Source of the DNA: Candidatus Cloacimonadales bacterium
Lineage (GTDB): Bacteria; Cloacimonadota; Cloacimonadia; Cloacimonadales; DAONDQ01
Length of the DNA: 64,000 nt
Direction of reading: 5' to 3'
Assembly: GCA_963662275.1 (NCBI GenBank)
Contig: OY759316.1
Span: 4,256,001-4,320,000 of the forward strand
This document shows, one piece after another, positions 18,875-30,901 of the stretch. Below the pieces are notes generated by a model. It had not been told where the DNA came from. It saw only the letters and a program-made list of their open reading frames with translations, and searched no databases. How positions within the stretch are numbered: position 1 is the first letter of the stretch; each line of letters begins with the position of its first letter. The translations under genes were made by a program, and so were the position numbers.

Positions 18875-19939
18875 TTGCTGATGAAGAAGAACGAATTACG
18901 GTTGAATGTAACGCTTCGGGCATTGATAGATGAGTATATTTTGAATAATGAACCTGTATCCTCACGCGTATTATTCGAGAATTATCTGAAGGATGTCAGT
19001 CCTGCTACATTACGTATTGATCTTTTCAAATTGGAATCACAAAGCTTAATCTATCAGCCGCATACATCTGCTGGTAGAATACCCACAATCCAGGGTTATC
19101 GTGAATACTTGGATATAATCAAGCCTGAACTGGAAGCAGATCATTATGGGAAAACTGAATTCCTTCGTGAGATATTGATTCAGAATTACAAAGATACGCC
19201 AATTGCATTACATTATATTATGCAGATATTAGCACAGGAATCAGATCAACTCAGCTTTGTTGCTGAGCCTGAGATATCCAATGGTATTATGTCTAAATTG
19301 AATGTATTCCCTATATCAGGGCAGAAGCTTCTTTTTCTGGTTAGTCTTGATTCAGGTTTGGATAAAACAGTGCTATTAAAGGGTAATTATGATATCAACG
19401 AAGCTCAATTAAAGAAACTTGTTCGCTATTTCAATGATGAATTGGCAGGTTTACGAGTCTATGATATCTCCCAGCAATTATTGGAAGATAAAGATCATCA
19501 CTTAGGTTCAGCAAACCGTTTAGTTGATCAGTTTTTAATTGAGTTACGTCATGCTTTCCAGGAGATCAGCAGTTACTTTATTCATTTTGATGGGAACCTG
19601 TCTTTCCTGGAACAGAAGGAATTTGATAGTAAAGTGAATATTCTGAATATTCTGAATCTGATGCAGAGACAGGATATTCTTTTGAACCTAATGCAGAAGC
19701 ATGATAACGGCGAACCTTATCAAGTACTGTTGGGAGAAGATTTCGGTGATCCTCGCTGGTCAGAATATGCACTCATTTATGCAAAGTATGAAATCTTCGA
19801 TATCCCGGGTTACCTTGGTGTTCTTGCACCAAATCGTAACCAATATTATCAAAATATCCTGATGGTTCGGGATATCGCTCAAACGATCACGAATACTACC
19901 AAGAAGGGAATGATGGTACCTAATTATGTCAAAAACTAA
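18875..19939 (+). CDS. hrcA: Heat-inducible transcription repressor HrcA
   Basis: YI...EPVSSR, SPATLR, QPHTSAGRIPT.GYR motifs; CIRCE sites upstream; grpE-dnaK follow. Confidence 0.93.
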   Translation: MLMKKNELRLNVTLRALIDEYILNNEPVSSRVLFENYLKDVSPATLRIDLFKLESQSLIYQPHTSAGRIPTIQGYREYLDIIKPELEADHYGKTEFLREILIQNYKDTPIALHYIMQILAQESDQLSFVAEPEISNGIMSKLNVFPISGQKLLFLVSLDSGLDKTVLLKGNYDINEAQLKKLVRYFNDELAGLRVYDISQQLLEDKDHHLGSANRLVDQFLIELRHAFQEISSYFIHFDGNLSFLEQKEFDSKVNILNILNLMQRQDILLNLMQKHDNGEPYQVLLGEDFGDPRWSEYALIYAKYEIFDIPGYLGVLAPNRNQYYQNILMVRDIAQTITNTTKKGMMVPNYVKN

Positions 19940-20540
19940 ACCTATATTTCATAAGCATGAAAAACCTGATACTTCTGAAACTAAAGAACCTGAAATGAAT
20001 GAAAAAGTTGAACAGGAAATTACTTCAGATTTCGAAACCCAGATCGGTGAATTGAACCAACAGGTTGATCAATGGAAAGATAAATATCTGCGTCTTATGG
20101 CAGATTTCGATAATTACCGTCGCCAGACTCTTCTTAAGCAGAAGGATTGGGCTTTCCAGGCAACTGAGAAGATCATTTTATCCGTATGCGATGTTGTGGA
20201 TAATTTCGAACGAGCATCATCACAATTACCTGAATCATTAAAAGAAGAACCTGTTGTGAAAGGTCTCCTGCAAATTGAAATGCAGCTTTCTTCACTATTG
20301 GAAAGGGAAGGGATTGAAAAGATAGATGCCATCAACCAGGATTTCGATCCCAATGTTCATGAAGCGTTGGCCCATATACCTTCCGATCTTGAGGAGGATA
20401 AAGTGGTGGCAGTTATTCAGAATGGATATAAAATGAAGGGCAAATTGATTCGCCCTGCACGTGTAGCAGTTTCCAACGGCGAAATGCCGGTAAATACAAA
20501 AGAAAATAACAAAGATAAAAATGGAGGTAGCAATGTCTAA
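19926..20540 (+). CDS. grpE: Nucleotide exchange factor GrpE
   Basis: [24 protein letters not shown]...IRPARVAV. Confidence 0.95.
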   Translation: MSKTKPIFHKHEKPDTSETKEPEMNEKVEQEITSDFETQIGELNQQVDQWKDKYLRLMADFDNYRRQTLLKQKDWAFQATEKIILSVCDVVDNFERASSQLPESLKEEPVVKGLLQIEMQLSSLLEREGIEKIDAINQDFDPNVHEALAHIPSDLEEDKVVAVIQNGYKMKGKLIRPARVAVSNGEMPVNTKENNKDKNGGSNV

Positions 20541-22467
20541 AATCATAGGAATCGACTTAGGAACTACAAATTCCTGTGTTTCCGTTGTAGAGGGTGGAAA
20601 ACCGATCGTCATCGCCAATGTAGAAGGGACTCGTACAACACCTTCTGTGGTCGGTTTCACAAAAGATGGTCAACGTTTGGTGGGTCAATTGGCAAAACAC
20701 CAGGCAGTGACAAATCCCACGAATACAGTATATTCAATTAAGAGATTCATGGGCAGAAATTTTAACGAAGTCGGTAACGAAATCTCGCAGGTTCCATATG
20801 CCGTAAAATCAGGTGCACATGGGCAGGCGGAAATCTTCATAGAAAACGAAAAGAAGAATTTTACGCCCCAGGAAATCTCAGCGATGATTCTCACCAAGAT
20901 GAAGGAAACTGCTGAAGCTTACCTGGGAGAGACCGTGAAGGAAGCTGTGATCACAGTTCCTGCGTATTTCAATGATTCTCAGCGCCAGGCAACCAAGGAT
21001 GCCGGTAAGATCGCTGGTTTAGAAGTCAGACGTATCATCAATGAACCTACAGCCGCAGCTCTTGCTTATGGTATGAATACGAAGAAATCAGAAAAAGTTG
21101 CAGTTTATGACCTTGGTGGCGGTACTTTCGATATTTCTATTCTCGATATTTCCGATGGTGTGGTGGAAGTTCTTTCAACTAATGGAGATACACACCTCGG
21201 TGGTGATGATTTCGATAAGCGCATCATGGATTGGATTCTCACTGAATTCAAGAAACAGGAAGGCGTCGATCTGACTAAAGATCCAATGGCAATGCAGCGT
21301 TTACGTGAAACTGCCGAGAAGGCAAAAGTTGAATTATCCGGCACTCAGACCGCGAATATCAATCTTCCTTTCATTACAGCCGATGCTAATGGACCAAAAC
21401 ATCTGAATGTCAATCTGTCACTATCAGAGTTTAACAGGTTAGTATCTGATCTTGTAGACAGGACTCTTGGACCTTGTAAAAAAGCACTGGAAGATGCAAA
21501 ACTCAGCAAAGACCAAGTTGATGAAATCCTGTTGGTCGGTGGCAGCACTCGTACGCCTTTGGTCATCGAAACTGTGGAGAAGTTCTTCGGTAAGAAGGCT
21601 AATCGCAGCCTGAACCCTGATGAAGTAGTAGCAATTGGCGCTTCCATCCAGGGTGGAATTCTTTCCGGTGACGAAAACATGAACGATGTACTCCTGCTCG
21701 ATGTTACTCCTCTTTCCCTCGGGATAGAGACACTCGGTGAAGTCATGACAGTCCTTATTCAGCGTAATACAACAATTCCTACAAAGAAAAGCCAGGTATT
21801 TTCTACTGCTGCCGATAATCAGACTGCTGTGACCATCCATGTCCTGCAGGGTGAAAGATCCATGGCTGCCGATAATAAGTCCTTAGGTCGTTTTGACTTA
21901 GTGGATATACCTTCGGCGCCTCGTGGAATTCCTCAGATCGAAGTTACTTTTGATATTGATGCCAATGGCATTATCCATGTAACAGCTCAGGATAAGGGAA
22001 CTGGTAAAGTACAATCAATCCATATCGAACGTCCGGGCAACCTGAATGAGGAAGATATCCAGAGAATGGTACGTGATGCAGAACTTCATGCAGAAGAGGA
22101 TAATCTTCGTAAAGACACCATCACAGCTAAAAATGAACTGGACACAATGATCTTCTCCACAGAAAAGAGCCTTGAAGAATATGGAGAAAAGATTTCTCCT
22201 GAAGAGCGCAAGACGATTGAAGATGCAGTCCATGAAGCTCGTGAAGCCTATAAAAATGGTACAACGAAAGAAGATTATAAGACTGCGCTGGAAACTCTTT
22301 CCAAGAAAGCTCAAAAACTCGGAGAAGCCATTTACGCTCACATGCAGCAGCAACAGGGAGCTGAAGGCGGACAGGAAGCCCCACAAAAGGAAGAACCTGC
22401 CCAGCAACAACAGCAGAATGATGGACCTATCGATGCTGACTTCGAAGTCGTAGATAAAGATAAATAA
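20533..22467 (+). CDS. dnaK: Chaperone DnaK
   Basis: [27 protein letters not shown]; start MSKII after GGAGG. Confidence 0.98.
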   Translation: MSKIIGIDLGTTNSCVSVVEGGKPIVIANVEGTRTTPSVVGFTKDGQRLVGQLAKHQAVTNPTNTVYSIKRFMGRNFNEVGNEISQVPYAVKSGAHGQAEIFIENEKKNFTPQEISAMILTKMKETAEAYLGETVKEAVITVPAYFNDSQRQATKDAGKIAGLEVRRIINEPTAAALAYGMNTKKSEKVAVYDLGGGTFDISILDISDGVVEVLSTNGDTHLGGDDFDKRIMDWILTEFKKQEGVDLTKDPMAMQRLRETAEKAKVELSGTQTANINLPFITADANGPKHLNVNLSLSEFNRLVSDLVDRTLGPCKKALEDAKLSKDQVDEILLVGGSTRTPLVIETVEKFFGKKANRSLNPDEVVAIGASIQGGILSGDENMNDVLLLDVTPLSLGIETLGEVMTVLIQRNTTIPTKKSQVFSTAADNQTAVTIHVLQGERSMAADNKSLGRFDLVDIPSAPRGIPQIEVTFDIDANGIIHVTAQDKGTGKVQSIHIERPGNLNEEDIQRMVRDAELHAEEDNLRKDTITAKNELDTMIFSTEKSLEEYGEKISPEERKTIEDAVHEAREAYKNGTTKEDYKTALETLSKKAQKLGEAIYAHMQQQQGAEGGQEAPQKEEPAQQQQQNDGPIDADFEVVDKDK

Positions 22468-22474
22468 TTGAATC

Positions 22475-22688
22475 GTAGAGTAGGACGCCGTTCCTGCTAA
22501 ATCTGACGAAACGAGTAGAGCACGATGCCGATCGTGCTGAGTGCTCTGCTTTCCCTCTCTTTGGATAAAGAGAGGGATTAAGGGTGAGTTTGATTCTCTG
22601 GCTGTACTTGCACATTGTGCACGATACAGGCTTTTCAAACTCATCTGTCAATTCGTGCCACCTTCCCTTTATCCAAAGGGAAGGATTA
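22475..22688. repeat. REP-like and C/G-run palindromes in the dnaK-dnaJ spacer
   Basis: GTAGAGTAGGACGCCGTTCCTGCT (22475-22498), GTAGAGCACGATGCCGATCGTGCT (22515-22538), CCCTCTCTTTGGATAAAGAGAGGG and CCTTCCCTTTATCCAAAGGGAAGG. Confidence 0.75.
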
Positions 22689-22705
22689 GCAACAAAGGAG
22701 TACCC

Positions 22706-23863
22706 TTGGCAACAAAACGTGATTACTACGAAATACTGGGCGTGGATAAAGCATCCGATGCAGATACCATTAAAAAAGCATATCGAAAACTGGCGATGAA
22801 GCTTCATCCTGATAAGAATCCGGGCAATAAGATGGCAGAAGAATCCTTCAAGGAAGCTTCTGAAGCTTATGAGGTACTGAGTGATAAAGAAAAACGCGCA
22901 CTGTATGATCAATATGGTCATGCAGGTGTGGATCAATCCTTCGGTGGAGGTGGCTTCAATTGGGGCAACTTTACTCACCAGGATGACTTGTCTGATTTAT
23001 TCGGTGATGGATTCAGCAGTATCTTCGAGCAGTTTTTTGGTGGTGGATTCGGTGGTGGACGCAATTCCCAGGAGCGTAAGAATCGCGGTGAAGATCTCCA
23101 GATAGAAATCTCTCTATCCCTGCAGGAAATCTCCTCAGGAGCAGAAAAGAATATCAAAATCAATGTGAAAGATCAGTGCGAAACCTGTAAGGGCAGCGGT
23201 TCATCAGATGGCAACATTACTACTTGTCCTCAGTGTAAGGGAACCGGACAGGTCTACCAGATGCGCCGTTCACTATTCGGTCAGGTGCAGACGATTGCTG
23301 AATGCCCTTCCTGTCGTGGTGAAGGTAAAACAATCAAAAACAAATGCCCCAAGTGTTCAGGCGATGGTCGTATTCGAAAAGTCAATGAAATCAGCGTGAA
23401 GATACCTGCCGGTGTCCAGGAAGGACAATATATCCGCTTACGCGGACAAGGCAATATGGGGATTCGAGGTGGCACAAAAGGTGATATTCTCGTCCTTATC
23501 CATGAACGGGAAGATGATCTTTATGAACGTGACGGGAATAACCTGATCGTCGATTATCCCATCAGTTTCAGTCAAGCTGCTTTAGGGGCTGAAATCCTGG
23601 TTCCAACTCTCACGGGAACAGTGAAAATGAAAGTACCTGCTGGAACACAGTCAGGTAAAGTATTCCGTGTTAAAGCGCAAGGGCTTCCCCAAGTGAATTC
23701 AGCTTATCGAGGTGACTTATATGTGAAAGTTATCGTTATCACCCCTACAACATTGGGCAGGGATGAGACCGATCTGTTAAAAAAACTTAGTGAGCATGAT
23801 GCTGCAAAGAAATATGTTCCGGGTAAGAAATTCTTTTCCAAAATGAAGGATTTCATCTACTAA
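22706..23863 (+). CDS. dnaJ: Chaperone DnaJ
   Basis: TTG start after AGGAG; J domain HPD, G/F region, four CxxCxGxG repeats. Confidence 0.96.
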   Translation: MATKRDYYEILGVDKASDADTIKKAYRKLAMKLHPDKNPGNKMAEESFKEASEAYEVLSDKEKRALYDQYGHAGVDQSFGGGGFNWGNFTHQDDLSDLFGDGFSSIFEQFFGGGFGGGRNSQERKNRGEDLQIEISLSLQEISSGAEKNIKINVKDQCETCKGSGSSDGNITTCPQCKGTGQVYQMRRSLFGQVQTIAECPSCRGEGKTIKNKCPKCSGDGRIRKVNEISVKIPAGVQEGQYIRLRGQGNMGIRGGTKGDILVLIHEREDDLYERDGNNLIVDYPISFSQAALGAEILVPTLTGTVKMKVPAGTQSGKVFRVKAQGLPQVNSAYRGDLYVKVIVITPTTLGRDETDLLKKLSEHDAAKKYVPGKKFFSKMKDFIY

Positions 23864-24597
23864 TGCCCTTTTTCTATACTCCCACACTAACTCGTGAAGC
23901 AGAACAAGTCACAATCGACGGGGACGAGTTCCATCATATCACTCATGTCTTTCGTCATAAGACAAATGATATCATTAAACTCACATCTGGTTCAGGTCTT
24001 TTAGGAGAAGGCAGGATTCTATCTATAGGCAAGAAAGAACTTATTTTAGAAGTACTCAACTTTACGGAACATCCAATGTCAGAACCTCAATTGTCTGTAG
24101 CTTTTAGTCTTCTAAGAAATAAAAATGATGAATGGATGGTGGAGAAACTGACGGAACTTGGCATTAAAAGACTATATCCCATGCTGACAACCAACACCGT
24201 ACGCCAGCCTTCGGTGAATATCCTGGAACGCTTCCAAAAAACAGCTATCAGTGCCATTAAGCAATGTGAAAATCCCTGGCTGCCTATCATAGAACCTGTT
24301 TCAGAATTGAAAGAAATACTCAGCAAACTTCAAAAACAAAACATAAAACCAATTGCAGCCTCAGAAAAAGAAAAGAATCAACTTTTGCCTTCAACTATCA
24401 CTGATTTAGAACAGCCCTGCTGTATTCTCATCGGTCCGGAAGGGGGCTTCACTCCCGAAGAATTTTCGTTATTGGAAGCTAATGATGTAGTTTCCTTTAG
24501 CTTGGGAAATCATATCCTTAGGGCAGAAACAGCAGCTATATGTGCTGTTTCACAATTGTTACTGCTGTATCTAATCAACAGTCCGGTTTACAGCTAA
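23863..24597 (+). CDS. rsmE: 16S rRNA m3U1498 methyltransferase RsmE
   Basis: EKLTELG, IGPEGGF, LGNHILRAETA. Confidence 0.93.
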   Translation: MPFFYTPTLTREAEQVTIDGDEFHHITHVFRHKTNDIIKLTSGSGLLGEGRILSIGKKELILEVLNFTEHPMSEPQLSVAFSLLRNKNDEWMVEKLTELGIKRLYPMLTTNTVRQPSVNILERFQKTAISAIKQCENPWLPIIEPVSELKEILSKLQKQNIKPIAASEKEKNQLLPSTITDLEQPCCILIGPEGGFTPEEFSLLEANDVVSFSLGNHILRAETAAICAVSQLLLLYLINSPVYS

Positions 24598-24661
24598 CAG
24601 AAAAGGAACGTCTCTTCCGTACGTTTTTGCTGCGTTGAGTTTTAAGACAAGAAATTAGGCT

Positions 24662-24691
24662 CACTAACACTTAACACCTAACACCTAGCAC
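24662..24691. repeat. Heptamer tandem repeat (TAACACC-type)
   Basis: cactaacacttaacacctaacacctagcac; complementary runs at 41721-41742 and 10981-10991. Confidence 0.6.
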
Positions 24692-24956
24692 TTTTCTACC
24701 TTCTCCCATACCCACAACTACCGTACATGAGAACCGCTTTCAAATATCTATTACATCACTCCAAAACTACCCTCACCTATCTCTCAAATCCTGAGGGAAG
24801 TCTAAGAGAAGTGCGAAGTTCGAACTTCGAAGTACGAAGTATCACTTTACATCTTTTTCTTGACTGCCACAAGGATTGTAAAAACGAGTAGAAAAAGAGA
24901 AACATAGGAGTATTTTTTGAATGCTCTGTCTTAATAAAGAGATACATGGAGTTTAA

Positions 24957-26180
24957 ATGACAATAGAGCAGCAGATGAAAATCATCAGTCGTGGTGTGGA
25001 AGAGATCATTCCCGAAGAAGACCTGATCAAAAAGTTGAAACGATCTGAAAAAACAGGGAAGCCATTGCGTATTAAGTACGGTATCGATCCAACTGGTTAT
25101 GATGTCCATATAGGTCATCTTGTTCCCATTCGCAAGATGCGGGAATTTGAAGATTTGGGTCATACCGGAGTGATTATTATTGGAGATTACACTGCACAGA
25201 TCGGTGATCCCACCGGTCGTGATGATTCACGCCCTCCTTTAACTGCTGATCAGGTTAAAGCCAATGCTGAACGTTACATGGAACAACTATATATGGTTTT
25301 GGATCCTGCCAAGACAGAAGTTCGTTACCAATCGGAATGGTTTGGACCCATGGGAATGTCAGAAGTACTCAAATTAATGGGAAAGTTCACTCTTGCCCAA
25401 TTCATGGCACATGATACCTTCCGGAAACGTTATGAAGCAGGATTGCCTCTCGGTATGCATGAAATCATGTATCCTATCCTGCAGGGTTTTGATTCAGTTG
25501 CAATACAATCTGATGTTGAATTAGGAGCTACAGAGCAGAAGTTCAATATCCTGACCGGTCGAGATATGCAGCGCATTTTCAACCAGGAAGAACAGATAGC
25601 TTTGCTATCACCAATCCTGATGGGTACTGACGGCAAGGAGAAGATGAGTAAAAGTTTAAATAACTACATCGCTGTTTTCGACCCTCCCCAGGAAAAGTAC
25701 GGGAAAGTGATGTCGATTCCGGATAATATCATCATCAATTATTTCAACTATGCGACAAGGCTAGCGATTGAAGAAATAGAGGAAATCCAGAAAAAGCTGA
25801 ATGCTGGTGAAAATCCTAAATTTAGTAAACAGCGTCTTGCACGTGAAATCGTTGCCTTATATCATGGGGAACAGGCAGGGATCGATGCGGATGAAGAGTT
25901 TAATCGGATTTTCAGTCAAAAGGAAATCCCGACTGATATTCCTGATTATAGATGTTCAGAATCACCCATTAAAATTATCAAATTGCTGACAATAACCGGT
26001 CTATGCCAATCCAGTAGTGAAGCTAAGCGTATGCTTCAGCAAAATGCAGTAACGATAGACGGAGAAAAAATATCTGATATGGAAGCTATGATTGATATCA
26101 AACAGGATTTCATACTGAAAGTCGGTAAACGCAGATTCATGCGTATTGTACATGAGACCAACAATCTTCAAAAGTCCTAG
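24957..26180 (+). CDS. tyrS: Tyrosine--tRNA ligase
   Basis: GIDPT...HIGH, KMSKS, C-terminal S4 domain. Confidence 0.96.
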   Translation: MTIEQQMKIISRGVEEIIPEEDLIKKLKRSEKTGKPLRIKYGIDPTGYDVHIGHLVPIRKMREFEDLGHTGVIIIGDYTAQIGDPTGRDDSRPPLTADQVKANAERYMEQLYMVLDPAKTEVRYQSEWFGPMGMSEVLKLMGKFTLAQFMAHDTFRKRYEAGLPLGMHEIMYPILQGFDSVAIQSDVELGATEQKFNILTGRDMQRIFNQEEQIALLSPILMGTDGKEKMSKSLNNYIAVFDPPQEKYGKVMSIPDNIIINYFNYATRLAIEEIEEIQKKLNAGENPKFSKQRLAREIVALYHGEQAGIDADEEFNRIFSQKEIPTDIPDYRCSESPIKIIKLLTITGLCQSSSEAKRMLQQNAVTIDGEKISDMEAMIDIKQDFILKVGKRRFMRIVHETNNLQKS

Positions 26181-26191
26181 GTAAAAAAGAG

Positions 26192-26872
26192 ATGGAATTT
26201 AGCTTACACGTAATTGTCACTTTCATTTCGATCATCATCCTTTTCGGATCGATCATTATCCATGAAATCAGCCATGGGTTTGCTGCCTTCTGGTTAGGTG
26301 ATGACACAGCAAAGCGCAATGGTCGTCTCAAACTGAATCCCCTTGTACATATTGATCTATTCGGAACGATCATATTGCCCATCATGCTTTTCTTTATCTT
26401 CAAATTCCCTTTCGGCTGGGCAAAACCTGTACCGATTAATCCTTATAATTTTAAAAATATGAAAAGAGATATGGGAATTACTGCATTGGCAGGTCCCTTA
26501 GCCAACTTCACAATAGCCTTCGTACTTTCATTATTGATTCGACTCATGATTGGGTCTATGAACTTGAACTCAGGAGCTACGATAGCAATCGGATTGCAGT
26601 ATGTCTTGGCGATTATTACACAATTAATCATCATTAATCTCTATCTTTGTTTTTTCAATCTCATTCCATTCCCGCCGTTGGATGGTTCCAAAGTATTTGG
26701 AGCTTTTCTTCCCGATACAATATATTATAAATATGTAACCCAGGAACGACTGGGAATGGTGATTTTTGTAGGTTTGATGTTATTCTCATCCATAATGAAA
26801 TTAGATATTTTTGGTGGGATACTCAGCCCGATTGTCATGAATATATTTCATTTTATGACAGGAATGAAATAA
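26192..26872 (+). CDS. Site-2 protease (peptidase M50)
   Basis: HEISH and FNLIPFPPLDG motifs, TM helices. Confidence 0.92.
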   Translation: MEFSLHVIVTFISIIILFGSIIIHEISHGFAAFWLGDDTAKRNGRLKLNPLVHIDLFGTIILPIMLFFIFKFPFGWAKPVPINPYNFKNMKRDMGITALAGPLANFTIAFVLSLLIRLMIGSMNLNSGATIAIGLQYVLAIITQLIIINLYLCFFNLIPFPPLDGSKVFGAFLPDTIYYKYVTQERLGMVIFVGLMLFSSIMKLDIFGGILSPIVMNIFHFMTGMK

Positions 26873-26877
26873 TTGTT

Positions 26878-26970
26878 GTGGAGTAAGATTCCAATCTTAC
26901 TGAATACGAGACAATAGTGATATTAAAATTTTTAGTAAGGTGTTTCATAAGATTGGAATCTTATGAAACA
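26878..26970. repeat. REP-like palindrome pair
   Basis: GTGGAGTAAGATTCCAATCTTACT (26878-26901) and TGTTTCATAAGATTGGAATCTTATGAAACA (26941-26970). Confidence 0.7.
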
Positions 26971-27013
26971 AATGAGAATAAATAAGTAAAAAATAGAATT
27001 CTGGAGGAAGAAA

Positions 27014-28435
27014 ATGGATCTAAAAGATCTGAAGCAACTCATAACCGATGAAGATATTCTGGCAATTGATCTGAAGTATATTGGTTTGGATGGAATTTGG
27101 TATCATATTACTTTTCCATCACGCAGATTGGATTATGTCATTGAACACGGTGTATCATTTGATGGTTCAAGCATACCGGGAATGCGTGCTGTGGAATCAG
27201 GAGATATGGTTTTAATGCCGGATTTAAGCTCTGCACATATCGATCCTCTAACTGTTACTCCCACGATAAGAATCCTGTGTTCCATATGTGATGCCGCATC
27301 TCGAATCGGGGTAAAAAAAGACCCTCGCAGTGTAGCAAAAAGAGCGCAGGAATATATGATATCTACAGGTATTGCAGACACATCACTCTGGATTCCTGAA
27401 CTGGAATTCCATCTTTTCAACTCGGCTGACTATTATAATGGTGATTATGATGCCGGATATAGCATCACATCTTCTGAAACCAAGGATTCCCTTCCCGAAG
27501 ATATGTACGATGGTAATGCTCTATCACAACAACATGCGAAAGGTTATCATATGGATACTCCTTTTGACCAGCATTATGAATTACGACAGGAAATGGTGGA
27601 GATTATGGAGGAATTGGGGATTCAAATCCGTTATCATCACCATGAAGTTGGTCTTTCAGCTCAACAGGAAATAGAGACGGAAATGCTAAGCTTTCCTAAA
27701 ATATGTGATGATGTCATGCTCATGAAAGATGTTATTCGCCGACTGGCTTTACGTGACGGTCTGACCGCAACATTTATGCCCAAACCGGCATTTAATCAGG
27801 CTGGTAACGGGATGCATTTTCATATGCTGTTAACGAAACAAGGGAAAAATATCTTCTATAAAAAAGGCGGTTATGCTGATCTCTCTCCTGAAGCATTATG
27901 GTTCATTGGAGGTATCCTCAAACATGGATGCTCGCTGGTTGCCTTTACAAATCCAAGTACAAATTCATATAAACGTCTTCTGCCTGGTTTTGAAGCTCCC
28001 GTCAAACTGATCTTTGGACTAGCTAACCGTAGCGCAGCCATCCGTATACCGAAATATGCGACAACGAAGGATAATAAGCGCTTTGAATTTAGAACCGGTG
28101 ATGGTACATGTAATCCTTATTTAGCTATGAGTGCATTACTGATGGCTGGTTTGGATGGTATCAAGAATAAGATAGACCCTACGAAATTGAATTATGGACC
28201 ATTTGATGACAATATTTTTGAATGGTCTTCAGTAAAAAAAGAGCAATTGGTTTCGATTCCATCTACGTTGAAAGAAGCCTTAGAAGCATTACAAGCAGAC
28301 CATGATTATTTACTCGCGGGAAACGTCTTTAATGAGGAAATGATCATGTCGCATATTGATCTGAAAATGAAAGAACATGAAATGGTTAGTAGCAGACCTC
28401 ATCCATTTGAGATGAGTCTTTATTACAACATATAA
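27014..28435 (+). CDS. glnA: Glutamine synthetase type I
   Basis: FDGSSI, HHHEV, TFMPKP, GNGMHFH, NSYKRLLPGFEAP, NRSAAIRIP. Confidence 0.96.
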   Translation: MDLKDLKQLITDEDILAIDLKYIGLDGIWYHITFPSRRLDYVIEHGVSFDGSSIPGMRAVESGDMVLMPDLSSAHIDPLTVTPTIRILCSICDAASRIGVKKDPRSVAKRAQEYMISTGIADTSLWIPELEFHLFNSADYYNGDYDAGYSITSSETKDSLPEDMYDGNALSQQHAKGYHMDTPFDQHYELRQEMVEIMEELGIQIRYHHHEVGLSAQQEIETEMLSFPKICDDVMLMKDVIRRLALRDGLTATFMPKPAFNQAGNGMHFHMLLTKQGKNIFYKKGGYADLSPEALWFIGGILKHGCSLVAFTNPSTNSYKRLLPGFEAPVKLIFGLANRSAAIRIPKYATTKDNKRFEFRTGDGTCNPYLAMSALLMAGLDGIKNKIDPTKLNYGPFDDNIFEWSSVKKEQLVSIPSTLKEALEALQADHDYLLAGNVFNEEMIMSHIDLKMKEHEMVSSRPHPFEMSLYYNI

Positions 28436-28566
28436 AAAGCAATCAGTTTTTTTTGCGACAATAGCTTAATAATGGAAAAAGATTATTTTGTTTGACAGAA
28501 AACGTTTATTTATCTGTTTTTACTAACACTTTGGTGAAAAGAAAATACTATTGATTAGGAGAGTTG

Positions 28567-29430
28567 ATGAATTTTCAGGATATTATTCTTACTTTGCAGT
28601 GCTACTGGGCAAAGCAAGGATGTAATATTATTCAACCTTATGATGCAATAATGGGGGCAGGGACTTTTCACCCAGCCACTTTCTTTGGTGCTTTGGGAAA
28701 AAAACCTTCTGCGGTCGCCTATGCGCAACCATGCAGACGCCCTAAAGATGGACGATATGGTGAAAATCCAAATCGCTTACAGCATTACTACCAGTTTCAG
28801 GTGATTATAAAACCATCACCTCCTGAAATTCAGAATCTATATTTGAATAGCTTAGAAGCAATAGGCATTGAAATTGACAAGCATGATATTCGATTTGTTG
28901 AAGATGATTGGGAATCTCCAACCCTCGGTGCCTGGGGTCTCGGTTGGGAAGTATGGCTTGATGGTATGGAAATATCTCAATTTACCTATTTTCAGCAAGT
29001 TGGCGGTATTGATGCTTTTCCTGTTAGTGTTGAACTTACTTACGGTTTGGAACGGCTTGCCATGTATATCCAAAATGTCGATGATTATCGTAAGCTGATG
29101 TGGAATGATACTACTACCTATGGTTCCATGTTTTTCGTCAAAGAAATCGAGTACTCGAAATATAACTTTGAATACGCAGATGTTCAACATCTGTTCCCTG
29201 CATTCAGTGATTTCGAGAAACAATGTTCTACGTTAGTAGAAAAGAAACTGGTATATCCAGCTTATGATTATCTATTACAATGTTCACATTCTTTCAATTT
29301 ACTAGATGCAAGGGGGGTCATAAGCGTAACTGAACGTGCTGCGTATATTGGTCGCATCAGAAAAATGGCAAAGGATTGTGCTTTATTATACTTAGAAACA
29401 AACAATGAAAATGTGAGGGAAATCTTATGA
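28567..29430 (+). CDS. glyQ: Glycine--tRNA ligase alpha subunit
   Basis: [39 protein letters not shown]. Confidence 0.97.
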   Translation: MNFQDIILTLQCYWAKQGCNIIQPYDAIMGAGTFHPATFFGALGKKPSAVAYAQPCRRPKDGRYGENPNRLQHYYQFQVIIKPSPPEIQNLYLNSLEAIGIEIDKHDIRFVEDDWESPTLGAWGLGWEVWLDGMEISQFTYFQQVGGIDAFPVSVELTYGLERLAMYIQNVDDYRKLMWNDTTTYGSMFFVKEIEYSKYNFEYADVQHLFPAFSDFEKQCSTLVEKKLVYPAYDYLLQCSHSFNLLDARGVISVTERAAYIGRIRKMAKDCALLYLETNNENVREIL

Positions 29431-30128
29431 TTACTAAATTTGAAAACATGTGGAAAGAATTCGCTGGTATGATTTCTGATACTATGCCGGATAACATACT
29501 ACAGATCGCAATTTATGATCCGCAAACTGAAAAAGGCAGACTCGCTGTTATCGCAGAAGATGCAAGTATTCCAAAACTAGCAATCCTTTCGCCAATTATT
29601 CAAAAGATGATCAAAAAGGAGTTGCATGTTCCACTGATCGTCGGTAAATTCTTTATTGAGACTTCACGAGATAGTTTTCCTTTGGAATTCCTGAATATTC
29701 AAAGCTCTTATCAGAATATCTATGTAAAAACCGATTTGATAAAAGAACTTACTTTTACCAAAGATAATGTTCGTCTTCAAATGGAGCGTGAAGTGAAAAG
29801 CAAAATCCTGTTAACCCGTCTATCTGCACTTGAGAACTTGGAGCAGGTTAAGAATTTGTACCACCTGATTGATGTTTCTATCCATTCACTTCTTCCTGTT
29901 ATGAAAGGATTCTTGTTTTTAGCAGATAAGGAGCTTCCGCATCAATATAAGGATTTGATCAAAGCATGTGAAGAATTATTGCATGAGGATCTTCAGATTT
30001 TCCAGCAGGCTCTGGTAATTCATCGGGATCAAATGACAAAAGATAAGTTACTTGATTTTTTCCACCATTATACGAATAAAATGATGACTTTGATGTATAT
30101 CATTGAAAAGTATCCTATTGATAAATGA
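29427..30128 (+). CDS. Conserved hypothetical protein (possible degenerate nucleotidyltransferase-fold plus helical domain)
   Basis: '[12 protein letters not shown]...[12 protein letters not shown]' pattern; overlaps glyQ stop. Confidence 0.55.
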   Translation: MITKFENMWKEFAGMISDTMPDNILQIAIYDPQTEKGRLAVIAEDASIPKLAILSPIIQKMIKKELHVPLIVGKFFIETSRDSFPLEFLNIQSSYQNIYVKTDLIKELTFTKDNVRLQMEREVKSKILLTRLSALENLEQVKNLYHLIDVSIHSLLPVMKGFLFLADKELPHQYKDLIKACEELLHEDLQIFQQALVIHRDQMTKDKLLDFFHHYTNKMMTLMYIIEKYPIDK

Positions 30129-30901
30129 GTGTTTCAAACACGGATGGAATTCAAGCTGAATTTCACTTGGATTTTGCTTCACCACTTCTATTTACAGCAA
30201 TTCATAATGGACATGAATTACGTAAAGAAGTAAAACAAAATTGTGCACTCAGTGAGATAGAACGCCTTCGTGAAGAAGATCCTCATACAGCTTTTTTTAC
30301 GGAGATTGGACAGAATTGTATTATTCTTCAGACAAGTCGATTTGAAGTCGATTTGAACCGACGTCGTGAAAAAGCTATTTATCTCCAACCAGAAGATTGC
30401 TGGGGTTTGATTCCAAGATCAGCCCCACCTGATCAGGATTATCTTGATAAAAGTCTTGCCGAATATGATTTATTCTATCAAGGTGTTGGTCTGATCCTGG
30501 ATGAACTGATTCGCTTGTTCGATCAAATCATAATCTATGATATTCATTCTTACAATCATCATCGCAAAGGTATCGATGCTCCTTTCGACGACCCTGCACT
30601 CAATCCGGAAATTATCCTCGGTACCAGTAATATGTCCGATAAATGGTTTCCTAAAATTGAAGAGATGCGAGATCAGATAATGAACTATGATTGGTATGGG
30701 AAAAGCTTGGATTGTCGGATTAATGTAAAATTTACTGGCGGTCACTTTGCTCAATGGATTCATCAGGAATACAAAGAAAAAGCCTGCGTTATTTCAATTG
30801 AATTTAAAAAAATATTCATGAATGAATGGACTGGAGTTGTGGATTATCAACTAATGAACGAATTACGAAATGTCTTGAAGACCACGATAAAAATTTGGTA
30901 A
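30125..30901 (+). CDS. N-formylglutamate amidohydrolase family protein
   Basis: AIHNGH, REEDPHT, SRFEVDLNR, DIHSYN, NVKFTGG. Confidence 0.85.
   Translation: MSVSNTDGIQAEFHLDFASPLLFTAIHNGHELRKEVKQNCALSEIERLREEDPHTAFFTEIGQNCIILQTSRFEVDLNRRREKAIYLQPEDCWGLIPRSAPPDQDYLDKSLAEYDLFYQGVGLILDELIRLFDQIIIYDIHSYNHHRKGIDAPFDDPALNPEIILGTSNMSDKWFPKIEEMRDQIMNYDWYGKSLDCRINVKFTGGHFAQWIHQEYKEKACVISIEFKKIFMNEWTGVVDYQLMNELRNVLKTTIKIW

Noticed and set aside
22541..22705. 55-residue N-terminal extension of DnaJ
   Set aside because: It reads through intergenic repeats; an RBS and TTG at 22706 give a normal J-domain start.
20114..23475. Multiple antisense ORFs over grpE, dnaK and dnaJ
   Set aside because: Shadow ORFs opposite conserved genes, with no independent motifs.
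24600..24956. T-box leader upstream of tyrS
   Set aside because: No T-box consensus (AAGGTGGNACCRCG-like) or antiterminator seen; the region consists of short repeats.
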